This document shows, in pieces, positions 38,052 through 48,145 of a stretch of 64,000 bases of DNA; the first letter of the stretch is position 1, and every line of letters starts with the position of its first letter. Source of the DNA: Klebsiella phage phiKp_32. The position numbers and the translations under genes are program-made. The stretch lies in sequence record LC768500.1, one strand, 5' to 3'. Below the pieces are notes generated by a model, which was not told the DNA's origin, made no database searches, and saw nothing but the letters and a program-made list of their open reading frames with translations.

Positions 38052-39542
38052 ATGTCTGAGATTAATCTCGTTTATTATTTAGTGAGTCGAAAAGTAGAAG
38101 GTAAGAAAACAGAAAGGGCTTGCGCAGGCGCTTTCGGTTATTCTTACGACGTATCCGTGGTGGGTAAGAAGAAGTTACAGAAAGACGTTCCGACTACGGT
38201 AGGGTATTATGTCGGGAATACAACGAGCAACGGAACTGTAGTAGAACCTATCGATTCCCTTTCTGTGGTTGTTTCTGATAGGGCTTTGGAGATAGAGGCT
38301 CAGCTGGACTTACTCAAAGTTATTCTGGAGGACGCTGTAGAACATGAGGATGTTAAGAACATCGGGTTAATTGGGAAATACCCATTGCTCGAAAAGCTTC
38401 TTACAGTGGACCCTTCCAAAATCGTAGAAAAGGAATATAAGTTAGGTAAAACGGAATTTAATAAAGAGGCGGTTAAATCTCTTACAGATATCCAAGCTCT
38501 TATGGATAAACTAAAGGGAAGAAGTAAACTCGTCTTTAACTTCACACTAAGTGTCGAAGGTGGGATGGGTCCTAAGATGGCGTGGCAGTCGGCTGGTATC
38601 GCCGAGGTTGAAACGGTTTGGGGAATGGAACCCATTGCGGCTTTATACCGTCAGCCGATGAAAACTTTCCTTAATCCGGAGAGTGACTTTAACCGTATCA
38701 TTTGCGGTAGTCGGTGGTATTTTAACACTGGCGAAGGTAACGACTTCTACGAGCTAAAAGAAGGATACCGCCGGTATGGTTTCGGTAAAGTCGAGAAAGA
38801 TAAGAAGTATTACGGTAAGCTCACTCCAGATGTGACTTATTCCTCTTTCTACACACAGACACCGATAGCACTGTTGGATAAGCTTTACGACTATACCGAG
38901 AAAAGGACACATAACCCTAAAGGGTTGATGCTCGCCGGGAACATGCAGTTCGTCAGATCTAAGGAAATAGCCAGGCTTATCGATAACTGCCCTGGGGTGG
39001 TGAGAGAAAAGGACTTGATCGTTCCGTTTAGAATGGGTTCTCAGGACGAGCCTACTTTAGTAGAGCTGATTGACCCGCCTGGACTCACTTACCGCATCTC
39101 CGACGTCATGGAAGAACATGACATTATCTTACACAGTTTCTTAAATAAAGACGAGTTCAATAAATTCGGTCAATATCAAAAGTTCTACGATATAACAAAT
39201 ATCATTTTTGAGAAACTCCCAAATAAAAAAGGGGAGATCAAGTTAAAGCTTCAGCCAGACTTCACTCAAAACACCCAAACGTTTAAAGTCAACGTAGAAC
39301 ACCGCAAAGCGGTTAAAGCAGTACCTATAACGTTGAGCGTCGGATACGATTTACCAGAGCGAAATGCATTTAACTCAGTAAAGGATCCCGATGTTCAAGT
39401 TTGGGTTAACATTGACGAAGCCAACGACGGATGTTTGATCTACCGCATCATTGTTAAAGCGGAAGACTGGATTTACATACATGCGTCTGGATGCGCTAAT
39501 GTAAGGGTCTTGAATAAAGCCGAGCTAGGTAGAAAAGATTAA
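38052..39542 (+). CDS. hypothetical protein (putative virion structural protein)
   Basis: 496-aa ORF. Confidence 0.5.
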   Translation: MSEINLVYYLVSRKVEGKKTERACAGAFGYSYDVSVVGKKKLQKDVPTTVGYYVGNTTSNGTVVEPIDSLSVVVSDRALEIEAQLDLLKVILEDAVEHEDVKNIGLIGKYPLLEKLLTVDPSKIVEKEYKLGKTEFNKEAVKSLTDIQALMDKLKGRSKLVFNFTLSVEGGMGPKMAWQSAGIAEVETVWGMEPIAALYRQPMKTFLNPESDFNRIICGSRWYFNTGEGNDFYELKEGYRRYGFGKVEKDKKYYGKLTPDVTYSSFYTQTPIALLDKLYDYTEKRTHNPKGLMLAGNMQFVRSKEIARLIDNCPGVVREKDLIVPFRMGSQDEPTLVELIDPPGLTYRISDVMEEHDIILHSFLNKDEFNKFGQYQKFYDITNIIFEKLPNKKGEIKLKLQPDFTQNTQTFKVNVEHRKAVKAVPITLSVGYDLPERNAFNSVKDPDVQVWVNIDEANDGCLIYRIIVKAEDWIYIHASGCANVRVLNKAELGRKD

Positions 39543-39592
39543 CTTGGTTGAATATAACAGTTAGGGTCGTGAGACCCTAACTGTTATACTGT

Positions 39593-40390
39593 TTACTTTA
39601 ATTTACCCAGTTCTGCTGTTTGAGATTCAAAAACAGCGGTCAGTTCATTTAAGAGAACCAGCCCAGCACCAGTAACATTAATCAACGTATTATACGTATT
39701 AATGGTATCCTGGAGCGTTTTTAAACTATCCTTGTCGAAGACCAACTGGGACGTTTTGATCTTGTCAACGATAATATTTCCCAGATGATAGACTTCGTCA
39801 ATGCGATCAGCGAGGGAACGAATGTCAGAGGACTTAATACCAGATACCGCTCCATTGAAATGCTCGACAGTATCGTAGAAGGATTTGAATGAATCGTAAT
39901 ACTGGTTAAGCCGATGATGAGTATTACGAGAAGACTGGATCCCTTCCATAAAGGACTGCAGATCGTTGGCCAGTGTATCCGTCTTACTCACACTGAACCA
40001 GAACGAAGAACCGACTGTCCCCGTCTTAGCAACGTCTTTCAGCCACTTGTAAATGCGACCGGATTCTGTTAACGCGGTAGAAAGCAGCAGCGCGGTGGAA
40101 GAAACCATTTTAACATAATAGCTCCATTCGGTTTTCTCCGGATCAAAATAAGCTGGGCCGGTCAAAGGAACCATTGTATGTTTAAAGTAATTTACTGTGG
40201 CGAGGTGTTTGGCTGTCTTGCCGTAATCGATGGTGTGGGCCGATGATTTAAGTTGACGAAACGCCTCTTTAAATCCACGTGATATTTCGGTCATTTTAAG
40301 TGAAAGAGACTCACCGACAGAAAGTTTTTCAGAACCGTCTATACCGAAAATAACAGGTTGCTTAACCTGTTCGATAAAACTGTTATTCAT
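39593..40390 (-). CDS. hypothetical protein
   Basis: 265-aa ORF convergent with the previous gene across the hairpin at 39562-39581. Confidence 0.5.
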   Translation of the reverse strand: MNNSFIEQVKQPVIFGIDGSEKLSVGESLSLKMTEISRGFKEAFRQLKSSAHTIDYGKTAKHLATVNYFKHTMVPLTGPAYFDPEKTEWSYYVKMVSSTALLLSTALTESGRIYKWLKDVAKTGTVGSSFWFSVSKTDTLANDLQSFMEGIQSSRNTHHRLNQYYDSFKSFYDTVEHFNGAVSGIKSSDIRSLADRIDEVYHLGNIIVDKIKTSQLVFDKDSLKTLQDTINTYNTLINVTGAGLVLLNELTAVFESQTAELGKLK

Positions 40391-40449
40391 TACTGGCGCT
40401 CCGTATTATTAGGTCAATAGCGTTTTTCATAGAATCCAAGAGGTAAACG

Positions 40450-41904
40450 ATGAGTACCCCTTTTCAATTTTTACAAAATGTAAAAAGCAGCCCGATGGTT
40501 CACATCGGTTTTAACTATAGTCCGCTTTTTGATATGATCAATGGCCGGTTCTTTAAGGGATACGATGAACAGTATTACCTGAACGGTGGGATCATGGACA
40601 ACAACGCCACAGTAGGAGGAAGCAACACGCAGAAAACCGGACAGTTGGTATTTGCCTGCCGTCGTTTCCTGCAACGTTTCCCTATGGGGGTAATCATCTA
40701 TGTTGACAGCGAGTCCACGTTAGACATTGGACGATTGGCTGATGCTGTCGATGCTGATTTCGGTATCCCTGGGTACTTCTACGATGAGATCTTCGACAAA
40801 CGGTTCATCTATAAAACGAGTAAAGATGAATTCGATGGCACCGCTTTCCACAACCTCATCAAAGACGCTTACAACAACTTCAAGGACAACAAAGATAACC
40901 CGGACATGTATGTCCAAACTCCGTTCCTGGATAAAGAAAATAAACGGATCAAATGTATTGCGCCGATCATGGTTATCTGTGATTCTTTAAGCGACCTTCG
41001 TTTCACCGAGGCTTCCGCCAAATTCACAGAAGGTGATGTGGACGAGGGTGGTAAGAAACGCACTCGTGATATGGAGTTCGGTAACCTCAAACGCGTTGTC
41101 TTTGAAGACTCCAGCAACCTGGGTGGCATCGCCGGCCTCAGACTGTGGTGGGTGGGTCAGATCGCCGACATGATTAACATGGACGGTAAGCCGATGGAGA
41201 AACAATCCACCTTCATCCGCCCAGGTAAGAAGATCGCCAAGTGTCCTAAAGCGATTCTCCAGCTCCCGAGCATCGGTTATGAGATCATTAAAGGCAGTGG
41301 GTTGAAAGTCGATCAAGAATGGATGTACCCGAATCCATTCGGTCGCGATGTTGTTATCGACGCCGACGCCAGAGAAAACCCGGATTTATTACTTTACAGC
41401 TTTACAATGTATCGTAATAAAGGCGGGAGTTCCGGACTACAATGTTCTTTCATCGGTTCTCAGTCAGACGGGATCCAGGAAGGGCTGAGCATGTATCACA
41501 CCATTAAAACCGACGGTTATTTCGGTTTAAGTGTGGGCAGCAAGGTCAGTCACGCTTGTGACCTCATGCCGGACCTTAAAGTTGGCCGAACCACCATTCG
41601 TAAAATCGTCAATGAGAACCACCAATTCTACAGGGCGATCACTATCTGTTACCAGATGTGGTTCATGCAGAACTATTGGATGCGTTTGGATCACAAATAC
41701 CGCATGACGCCAGCCGAATTATATGCGAAGGTGGCTGAAGCCGGTTACGACTGGACAGAATTATTGGAAAACTCCGTCGATTACTGGCACCTCAACCCGG
41801 ACATCAAGAAACATACTCTGACCACCATGCAGCTGTTGGCTGTTGCGTGTGGAGAAGGTTCTATTCCGTGGGCTTCTAATCGTTTATTAAAGCAAGCGGC
41901 ATAA
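40450..41904 (+). CDS. hypothetical protein (putative virion structural protein)
   Basis: 484-aa ORF. Confidence 0.5.
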   Translation: MSTPFQFLQNVKSSPMVHIGFNYSPLFDMINGRFFKGYDEQYYLNGGIMDNNATVGGSNTQKTGQLVFACRRFLQRFPMGVIIYVDSESTLDIGRLADAVDADFGIPGYFYDEIFDKRFIYKTSKDEFDGTAFHNLIKDAYNNFKDNKDNPDMYVQTPFLDKENKRIKCIAPIMVICDSLSDLRFTEASAKFTEGDVDEGGKKRTRDMEFGNLKRVVFEDSSNLGGIAGLRLWWVGQIADMINMDGKPMEKQSTFIRPGKKIAKCPKAILQLPSIGYEIIKGSGLKVDQEWMYPNPFGRDVVIDADARENPDLLLYSFTMYRNKGGSSGLQCSFIGSQSDGIQEGLSMYHTIKTDGYFGLSVGSKVSHACDLMPDLKVGRTTIRKIVNENHQFYRAITICYQMWFMQNYWMRLDHKYRMTPAELYAKVAEAGYDWTELLENSVDYWHLNPDIKKHTLTTMQLLAVACGEGSIPWASNRLLKQAA

Positions 41905-41959
41905 TTTGAAGGGGAGGGAGACCTCCCCCTACTTTTATTATTTAAGGATTATTAGGGTT

Positions 41960-42328
41960 ATGATTAAACCAGAACTAACCATTTTGATTGTCTCGGATTC
42001 TAACTTTAAGAATCTTTGTGATGACCCGACGAGTTATGTCGAAAAGCTCTACGGGATCTTAAACAATCGGTATAAGGTTCCTATCAAGATCATTACGGTC
42101 AGTGGTCGTTACGGACTCAGCGCAATCGATAGTAACATTGAGACGCTCGATGTTGAGGATCGGAATAAGACGCTGTTCACCCAAACTATCGAGAACCACG
42201 CAGCGGTATTTGACGAACTGCAGATCATTTCTTTAAGTAACATCGTGGATCCCTTTATCGAAGGTGTAGCAGATACCATGAGTGCGTTACAAAAGAACAT
42301 TACTCGTTATTCGTACAAACGTAAGTAG
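41960..42328 (+). CDS. hypothetical protein
   Basis: The annotated 41906 start lies inside the terminator hairpin; an internal ATG after ggattattagggttATG is preferred. Confidence 0.45.
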   Translation: MIKPELTILIVSDSNFKNLCDDPTSYVEKLYGILNNRYKVPIKIITVSGRYGLSAIDSNIETLDVEDRNKTLFTQTIENHAAVFDELQIISLSNIVDPFIEGVADTMSALQKNITRYSYKRK

Positions 42329-42334
42329 GTTAAC

Positions 42335-43009
42335 ATGGGTAACAGAAAAGCTGCCGAAGACGTTATTTTGGATTTCGTGGGCAAACTCACTAAAGGTGGG
42401 TTTAACCTGAAGGTCTATACCGACCTTTTTAAAAACATGAACGACGCTCAGTTTGAACAGTTTATCGATAAGATCGATAAACAAGGTGGTATGCCGCTAT
42501 GGACATCCAACTGGGATAAGAACGAGCATATCGAATACGACACTGTCCTCGGACTAGCCAAAGAATACGGGGTAGAACTCGAGACCCAACTCATTATCAC
42601 CGATGAGGACACTGGGGTAGAACTCATCACACCAGAAACTTATTTGGTTGGGATAGCCGAGATCCGTAAACAGCGTCAGATGCTCGTTAAAAAGTTTGGT
42701 GCTGCTAAAGACGATACCAGCACCGACGACTTAACGGGTCAGGTTGTTGGGGATAGCCGAGGGACGGGCATTTCCTCTCCGGAGATTAAGATCCTTATGG
42801 CGCTCGGGCTCAACACCGTGGCAAAAGAGATCTACGATGTCAAAGGCGGTGATGAAAAGGCATTGGAAGTTTATAGAACAGAGCTCATGGAGACTGGATC
42901 GACTAACGTTAACAATGCCTTGAAGCGCGGCAGTGGTGTCAAATCCCTTCAGACCACCCATTATCTGTTTAACGCCAGACACATCGAAAACAATATCGAT
43001 AAGAGGTAA
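42335..43009 (+). CDS. hypothetical protein
   Basis: 224-aa ORF. Confidence 0.5.
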   Translation: MGNRKAAEDVILDFVGKLTKGGFNLKVYTDLFKNMNDAQFEQFIDKIDKQGGMPLWTSNWDKNEHIEYDTVLGLAKEYGVELETQLIITDEDTGVELITPETYLVGIAEIRKQRQMLVKKFGAAKDDTSTDDLTGQVVGDSRGTGISSPEIKILMALGLNTVAKEIYDVKGGDEKALEVYRTELMETGSTNVNNALKRGSGVKSLQTTHYLFNARHIENNIDKR

Positions 43010-43011
43010 CG

Positions 43012-43440
43012 ATGGAACACATCAATCGAGCTGTAGAAGTCTGGGCTCAAGAATTTGCAACGCTGGCAGAAATCGACGAGCTCAAAGTTCTGCAAGATGC
43101 GATCAGTAATGCGATCATTACGAAGAGCATCCTTTCTTTTGACGAAGGCGTTTCTGAGCTCGAGCAAAGTTTATCCGCCCAGCCGGAGTACTACGATCAG
43201 ATCCATGGTGTGATCTTCCGGCTATTGGCTGAGGTTCCTTTGGATAAGCTTAAAGCTGAACTTAACGAGATCGTTACGGAAATGAATGAAACCGGGTATT
43301 TCAAACACTTACGCCCCACTCTGGATACTCCGATGGATGTTTTCTGTTTCGTTTTAAAGATCTACTACAAACAGATCATTGCAGAGCTGGGCCGGCACAT
43401 TCAAATCCCTACGAAGAAAACTCGCCCAACCAACGTGTAA
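43012..43440 (+). CDS. hypothetical protein
   Basis: 142-aa ORF. Confidence 0.45.
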   Translation: MEHINRAVEVWAQEFATLAEIDELKVLQDAISNAIITKSILSFDEGVSELEQSLSAQPEYYDQIHGVIFRLLAEVPLDKLKAELNEIVTEMNETGYFKHLRPTLDTPMDVFCFVLKIYYKQIIAELGRHIQIPTKKTRPTNV

Positions 43441-43449
43441 AGGATTCTC

Positions 43450-44148
43450 ATGAACACGCTTAACGTTTACACCGAACTCGATTCACTTTTTGATTCCCGG
43501 CGTGCGACTTTGGAATCACTCCTCCCTAGTAATGAAACCTGGGAAGGTGTTTACGCCAAGCAGTATAAAGAACGTAAGCTGGATCTATTCGAACGAAAAG
43601 AACTCGGGATAACCCAATCCATTTACGAACAGGCTTATGACAAAAGAGACCTGTCTTTATTCACCAACATCAAACCGACTCAAGTACTGAGCAAGCTCCT
43701 GCTGTTAGTACTGGATAGCGAACAACTGGTCGGTAAACCAATCGCTTTAAACGTCGTCAACATCACCATTAATCTTTATCCCTACGATCTTGACGAAGAT
43801 TTGGTTAACGAGTTAGAAAAGAATATCAAACAAGCTTTGGTTTTCAAAAATGAACTCACTTTTGTTTCCAAACCTCCTACCGAACTCGATGCGAAATATT
43901 TTAAAAACTTTGATAACGTTTTTAAATACGACATCCTGATCGGTAAAGATTCTAAAACGTTCATGGAATCCTTAGCGAAAACTCCTATTAAAGACACGAA
44001 GTTCTTCGTACCGGATCTTTATGTTAAACAACCGGATAACGGGATCGTTTGCTCCCCTGAAGAACTTGTTGAAAGTTTTAGTTTAGTGCTTGCGCCAGCG
44101 CTTACATTACTTTGCGTCCGACATAGCGTTTATGATTACATGGAATAA
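43450..44148 (+). CDS. hypothetical protein
   Basis: 232-aa ORF. Confidence 0.5.
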   Translation: MNTLNVYTELDSLFDSRRATLESLLPSNETWEGVYAKQYKERKLDLFERKELGITQSIYEQAYDKRDLSLFTNIKPTQVLSKLLLLVLDSEQLVGKPIALNVVNITINLYPYDLDEDLVNELEKNIKQALVFKNELTFVSKPPTELDAKYFKNFDNVFKYDILIGKDSKTFMESLAKTPIKDTKFFVPDLYVKQPDNGIVCSPEELVESFSLVLAPALTLLCVRHSVYDYME

Positions 44149-44179
44149 CAGGAGAGAGGGCATTGCCCTCTCTCCCATT

Positions 44180-44674
44180 TTATACTGATGGCTTAACAAT
44201 TTCACCTTCAAAGTCAACTGATATGGCGCCCATATCAAGTTCTTTGTCTTTGATCCTGCCGATATCGGCGAGTTGTGAAAGTGGAACATTAGGATCCAGG
44301 AAGGTAGGCTGACCTGGCGCGAAACTAGGAAGTTTTAATTCACCGGTGCTTAATGACTGAAGTGCGTCGACCATTTGTTTGAATGAAACTTTGTTGTCTT
44401 CATTCTCTTTTTTCTTCGCGCGTTCTTTTCTGTCATCTCGAACTGATTTTTCCAACTGAGTTAACAAAGAAGAAATCGCTTCCAGTAATTTAGGGTCACC
44501 GGGTTTATTGGAGTAAGCCATAGAGGCGATATCCAGTATCATACTACGGTGTGACTGCACCGCCTGAATGAGCTGAGTCTGTTCAATATCTTCGTCAGTC
44601 GGATGGAGAGCAGCATTGATTGCAGACATCACCTTTTCTATCCGTATCTGAACGGGTGCTTTTTCGTCCATCAT
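44180..44674 (-). CDS. hypothetical protein
   Basis: 164-aa ORF convergent across the hairpin at 44153-44175. Confidence 0.45.
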   Translation of the reverse strand: MMDEKAPVQIRIEKVMSAINAALHPTDEDIEQTQLIQAVQSHRSMILDIASMAYSNKPGDPKLLEAISSLLTQLEKSVRDDRKERAKKKENEDNKVSFKQMVDALQSLSTGELKLPSFAPGQPTFLDPNVPLSQLADIGRIKDKELDMGAISVDFEGEIVKPSV

Positions 44675-44744
44675 AATTTTTTAAACCTACATTATAGAAG
44701 TAGTGGAATAAATAAAATGTTTTTAGCCCTTAGGGAACGTTAAC

Positions 44745-45338
44745 ATGCTTAAGAAATTTTTCAACTGGCTGGGGTTTAAAAGCAAATCGATAGGTAAGGC
44801 AGATACCCCGTTAGACGTCATAGAACGCATCAGGGAAGGCTTTCTTCCTAAGAACATGCGAAGCTTAGATAAACCGTTGTCTCTTCTATACGATTTAATT
44901 AAGACGCTTCCTGAGCTGGAATACAATGATTATAAAAAGTTACAGCGTAACACAGTTAAGGTTAGATCGCTGAGTTCGTTAGACATGTTCCATCTTTTAA
45001 AATCATCGGTTTTATCCAGCCAAGCGGAATATATGGATGCGGTGCAACGTTTAAATAGCGTCGCTACCGAAAGGCCCTTTCTTCATTGGTACTCTGGAGA
45101 GGAAAGCGCTATCGCACTTAACGAATTGTTTTTAAAACTTCTACCTAAAATAATCCTTTTCCACCAACTTAACAACCAGAGTACATTTCAACAGAATGAA
45201 GATATAACCGGATTTACGAATATCGAGATCCGGTTCTTTAGTTCTGTTCAGCTAAGGTATATGGTCGAAGACTATATCAGCATGTTGGAAGTGCTACTCT
45301 CACATCATTTTGGAGGCTCGGTTGAAGAAGCCCACTAA
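44745..45338 (+). CDS. hypothetical protein
   Basis: Preceded by ttagggaacgttaacATG. Confidence 0.45.
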   Translation: MLKKFFNWLGFKSKSIGKADTPLDVIERIREGFLPKNMRSLDKPLSLLYDLIKTLPELEYNDYKKLQRNTVKVRSLSSLDMFHLLKSSVLSSQAEYMDAVQRLNSVATERPFLHWYSGEESAIALNELFLKLLPKIILFHQLNNQSTFQQNEDITGFTNIEIRFFSSVQLRYMVEDYISMLEVLLSHHFGGSVEEAH

Positions 45339-45738
45339 ACATCCCGTAGAACTTGAAATCTCTAAGTTATCCAATAACTCATGCGCTGACAGTGATTTAG
45401 CTGACGAGCCCGCAAGGTTATTCCGTAAGCTTTTACGTAAGCTTAACATGAATGTCGACAAACTCTGTTTGCTTATGAACGAGTATGTTAAGTGGACCGT
45501 GACGGGAGAGGACGAGGCTGAAATCAGAAAAAGACGTTCTTACACAATGGGGAACATTAAAGACACTTACTTTAAGAACCCCACACTGACTTTCAGCAAA
45601 CTTATCGAGGGATTAAGTATCCTGAGAATGAGCAAAGTCGAGGTCATTCTCAGAGTCTATGATAAGAAAGGCAATATGACCGAGGTCTCAGAAACTGTGA
45701 GAATCATCAGCAGCCCCGACGATAAAAAAGACGACTAA
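45310..45738 (+). CDS. hypothetical protein (start uncertain)
   Basis: Overlaps the upstream ORF; followed by the hairpin at 45751-45779. Confidence 0.35.
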   Translation: MEARLKKPTKHPVELEISKLSNNSCADSDLADEPARLFRKLLRKLNMNVDKLCLLMNEYVKWTVTGEDEAEIRKRRSYTMGNIKDTYFKNPTLTFSKLIEGLSILRMSKVEVILRVYDKKGNMTEVSETVRIISSPDDKKDD

Positions 45739-45810
45739 TCTTATAGCCCGAATACTCCTACCTTAGGGTAGGAGTATTTAACCCTATTATTTATTTTTTA
45801 GGATATCGTC

Positions 45811-46929
45811 ATGGATTTAAATCCCAGTAGTATTTTTGACAACATCGATTTTAATTCTCCCGTATCCGACATTAAAAAAGAGGCGGATACTAAACTCGCC
45901 GATTTAAAAGGTAGCGTCCTTAACCCTATCAGCTCTAGTACCGCAAGGATTAAAGACGGCATCGCCCTGTTAAACAACATGGACACTAAGTTTAACCAAG
46001 CGGTAACAGGATTTAAATCTGACGTCATGGGTGTCGCTAACAGTATTATCGGCACCCTTCAAGATGGATACTTCACCATTAATGAATTAGTGAGTATGGT
46101 CATAGGGGCTTACACCAGCCTGACTAATCTCGCTAACATTGGTGATGATCTCAAATCCATACTGGGGACTAACGTCAGTAATATCGACGGGTTCTTAGAT
46201 CGGTTCAGCAACATCTTCGTCAGTAGCATCAACTCGAAGGTAAGAGCGAGCGGGTACAAATCCAATACGGTTAGTAGCGGTGGCGAATTCCTCACCATCA
46301 CTCAGAGTAATAATAATCCGTCTTCCCAAGCCATCATCGCAGCGTTGGGCAAGCTGTCAGTAGGCGATCTTCAGGATTCTTACGATAGTTCAGTTTCCAC
46401 CGCGGTATACAGCACCCTCTTAGCACAAGCCGTTTCCAGTGGATTGACTTCTTCCTACGCCGATCTTTATAACAAGATCACGGATAAAACCGAAGCCGAT
46501 AAGGCAGTTGTCTCGGCAATAGGTAACGCCCTTGCTAACGGCGATCTGACTTCAATTGAAAATCTCTTAGCGTTGATTACTAACAGCGGAGCGAAACTCA
46601 CTATTGGTTCCACCTATCCCAATGCTGCCGAAACCCTGTTAAGTAAATATAAACCTCTGGATTCTCAAGATGTTTCAGATTACCCGGCTATCTCCGAACA
46701 GCTGAAAACTATTTTGGTTCTCTTCGGGGGAGTGAATTGGTGGAAGGTTTACACCGCATTAGGTTGGGTTCCTAATTTACTTATCGCTTCTAAGCTCTCA
46801 AGTAGTGTCAGAGATATTTGGATGGAAGACGCCGAGCTCTTTGCATTAGTGGCTTGCAAAGGTTTCTTTAAAGAGATGACCGCACGTAAAGCCTTCTTAA
46901 CCAACTTTCCACAAACCCCGATAAGTTAA
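45811..46929 (+). CDS. hypothetical protein (putative virion protein)
   Basis: 372 aa, Ser/Thr-rich. Confidence 0.5.
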   Translation: MDLNPSSIFDNIDFNSPVSDIKKEADTKLADLKGSVLNPISSSTARIKDGIALLNNMDTKFNQAVTGFKSDVMGVANSIIGTLQDGYFTINELVSMVIGAYTSLTNLANIGDDLKSILGTNVSNIDGFLDRFSNIFVSSINSKVRASGYKSNTVSSGGEFLTITQSNNNPSSQAIIAALGKLSVGDLQDSYDSSVSTAVYSTLLAQAVSSGLTSSYADLYNKITDKTEADKAVVSAIGNALANGDLTSIENLLALITNSGAKLTIGSTYPNAAETLLSKYKPLDSQDVSDYPAISEQLKTILVLFGGVNWWKVYTALGWVPNLLIASKLSSSVRDIWMEDAELFALVACKGFFKEMTARKAFLTNFPQTPIS

Positions 46930-47005
46930 ATAACTACCGTCTCCCTTTGGGAGACGGTAGTTATAATTAGATCATTTTTTTTATCTTGGGAACTGCTGAT
47001 GGAAA

Positions 47006-48091
47006 TCACTCTCGCTCAATTCTTTTAATAAAATAATTCTTATACATTCCATTGTTCCGATAAGACCGATTCAGGTTAGCCGAGTTGGTTCCGAAATTGG
47101 TTAACTCTATTGTTCCGGTTAGTCTGGTGACGCACTTAGTGCGTTTATGAGTCAATTCCCATATCACTCTGTCAGACCTATTCGACTTCCTCCCGGTTCT
47201 ATCGTAATTATAATCTCTTATTGCATTTATCAAATTCTGCTCGGGATCTTTATAGTGTTTGGTGTACTCTTCCTTGGTTACCTCTTCCCATTTACATCCC
47301 TTATAGGTTTTAGCTTTACCTGTCCTAATGGCGTGAAGATTACGATTATCCAATCCAAATTTAGCGCATTGTTCCTTGCCGCAAACGTATATCACTCTTT
47401 TCTTGAATCCTGGGATATCAATCACAGTACCTTTCATGGGAATGACGAAAGGATGCGACAAGTGCTTATGGGATACAAGGAGGTTATTCTCTTTGGCATG
47501 TTGCTTGTTCTGTTGTGGCGTGGTCCATTCTAATGAATTTACGTCGTTATCATCCTTTCCCTTTAAGTGGTTAACTTCAAGTTCAGAATAATCGTAAAGA
47601 TTGAGCTCATCAGGTTTTGGAATCCAGGACGACGCAACGATCCTGTGCACCATCATTACGTATCCTGATTTCATATATACTTTATAACCAAAATGGCTAA
47701 ACGTTCCTTTAACCATTTTGTACGTTCTTAAATTAAAAATTCTACCTCTGTTACTCACCCAAATATAAGTAAAAGATGTTGATGTTTTCTTATTAATATT
47801 GAGGTTCTTCGGGCTGTACGGAAAATAACTTGCCGGAACCCAATACTCTGATCTGGGATCTTCTTTTAATAATTTTGTTAACTTGGCATAATAAGCTTTC
47901 TTACGTTCTTCGTGCGATAAAAGATTCAATAAAGCGTTAGCCTTTTTTCCCATCGCATCAATAATAGATTTATATTCTTTAACAAATAACGGGAGATTTC
48001 CTCTAGCTATTTCATCCCATTCTTCTTCAGTTCTTATTCGCGGCGGTCTGATTTTCATGGTTACACTGCTCCAGATTACATTATTTATCAT
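47006..48091 (-). CDS. HNH homing endonuclease (free-standing)
   Basis: MVHRIVASSWIPKPDE...LEVNHLKGKDDNDVNSLEWTTPQQNKQHA. Confidence 0.8.
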   Translation of the reverse strand: MINNVIWSSVTMKIRPPRIRTEEEWDEIARGNLPLFVKEYKSIIDAMGKKANALLNLLSHEERKKAYYAKLTKLLKEDPRSEYWVPASYFPYSPKNLNINKKTSTSFTYIWVSNRGRIFNLRTYKMVKGTFSHFGYKVYMKSGYVMMVHRIVASSWIPKPDELNLYDYSELEVNHLKGKDDNDVNSLEWTTPQQNKQHAKENNLLVSHKHLSHPFVIPMKGTVIDIPGFKKRVIYVCGKEQCAKFGLDNRNLHAIRTGKAKTYKGCKWEEVTKEEYTKHYKDPEQNLINAIRDYNYDRTGRKSNRSDRVIWELTHKRTKCVTRLTGTIELTNFGTNSANLNRSYRNNGMYKNYFIKRIERE

Positions 48092-48145
48092 ATAATAAGA
48101 AGCAGTGGTTTTCCATTAACAATACAAACCCTTGATATTAAAGGG

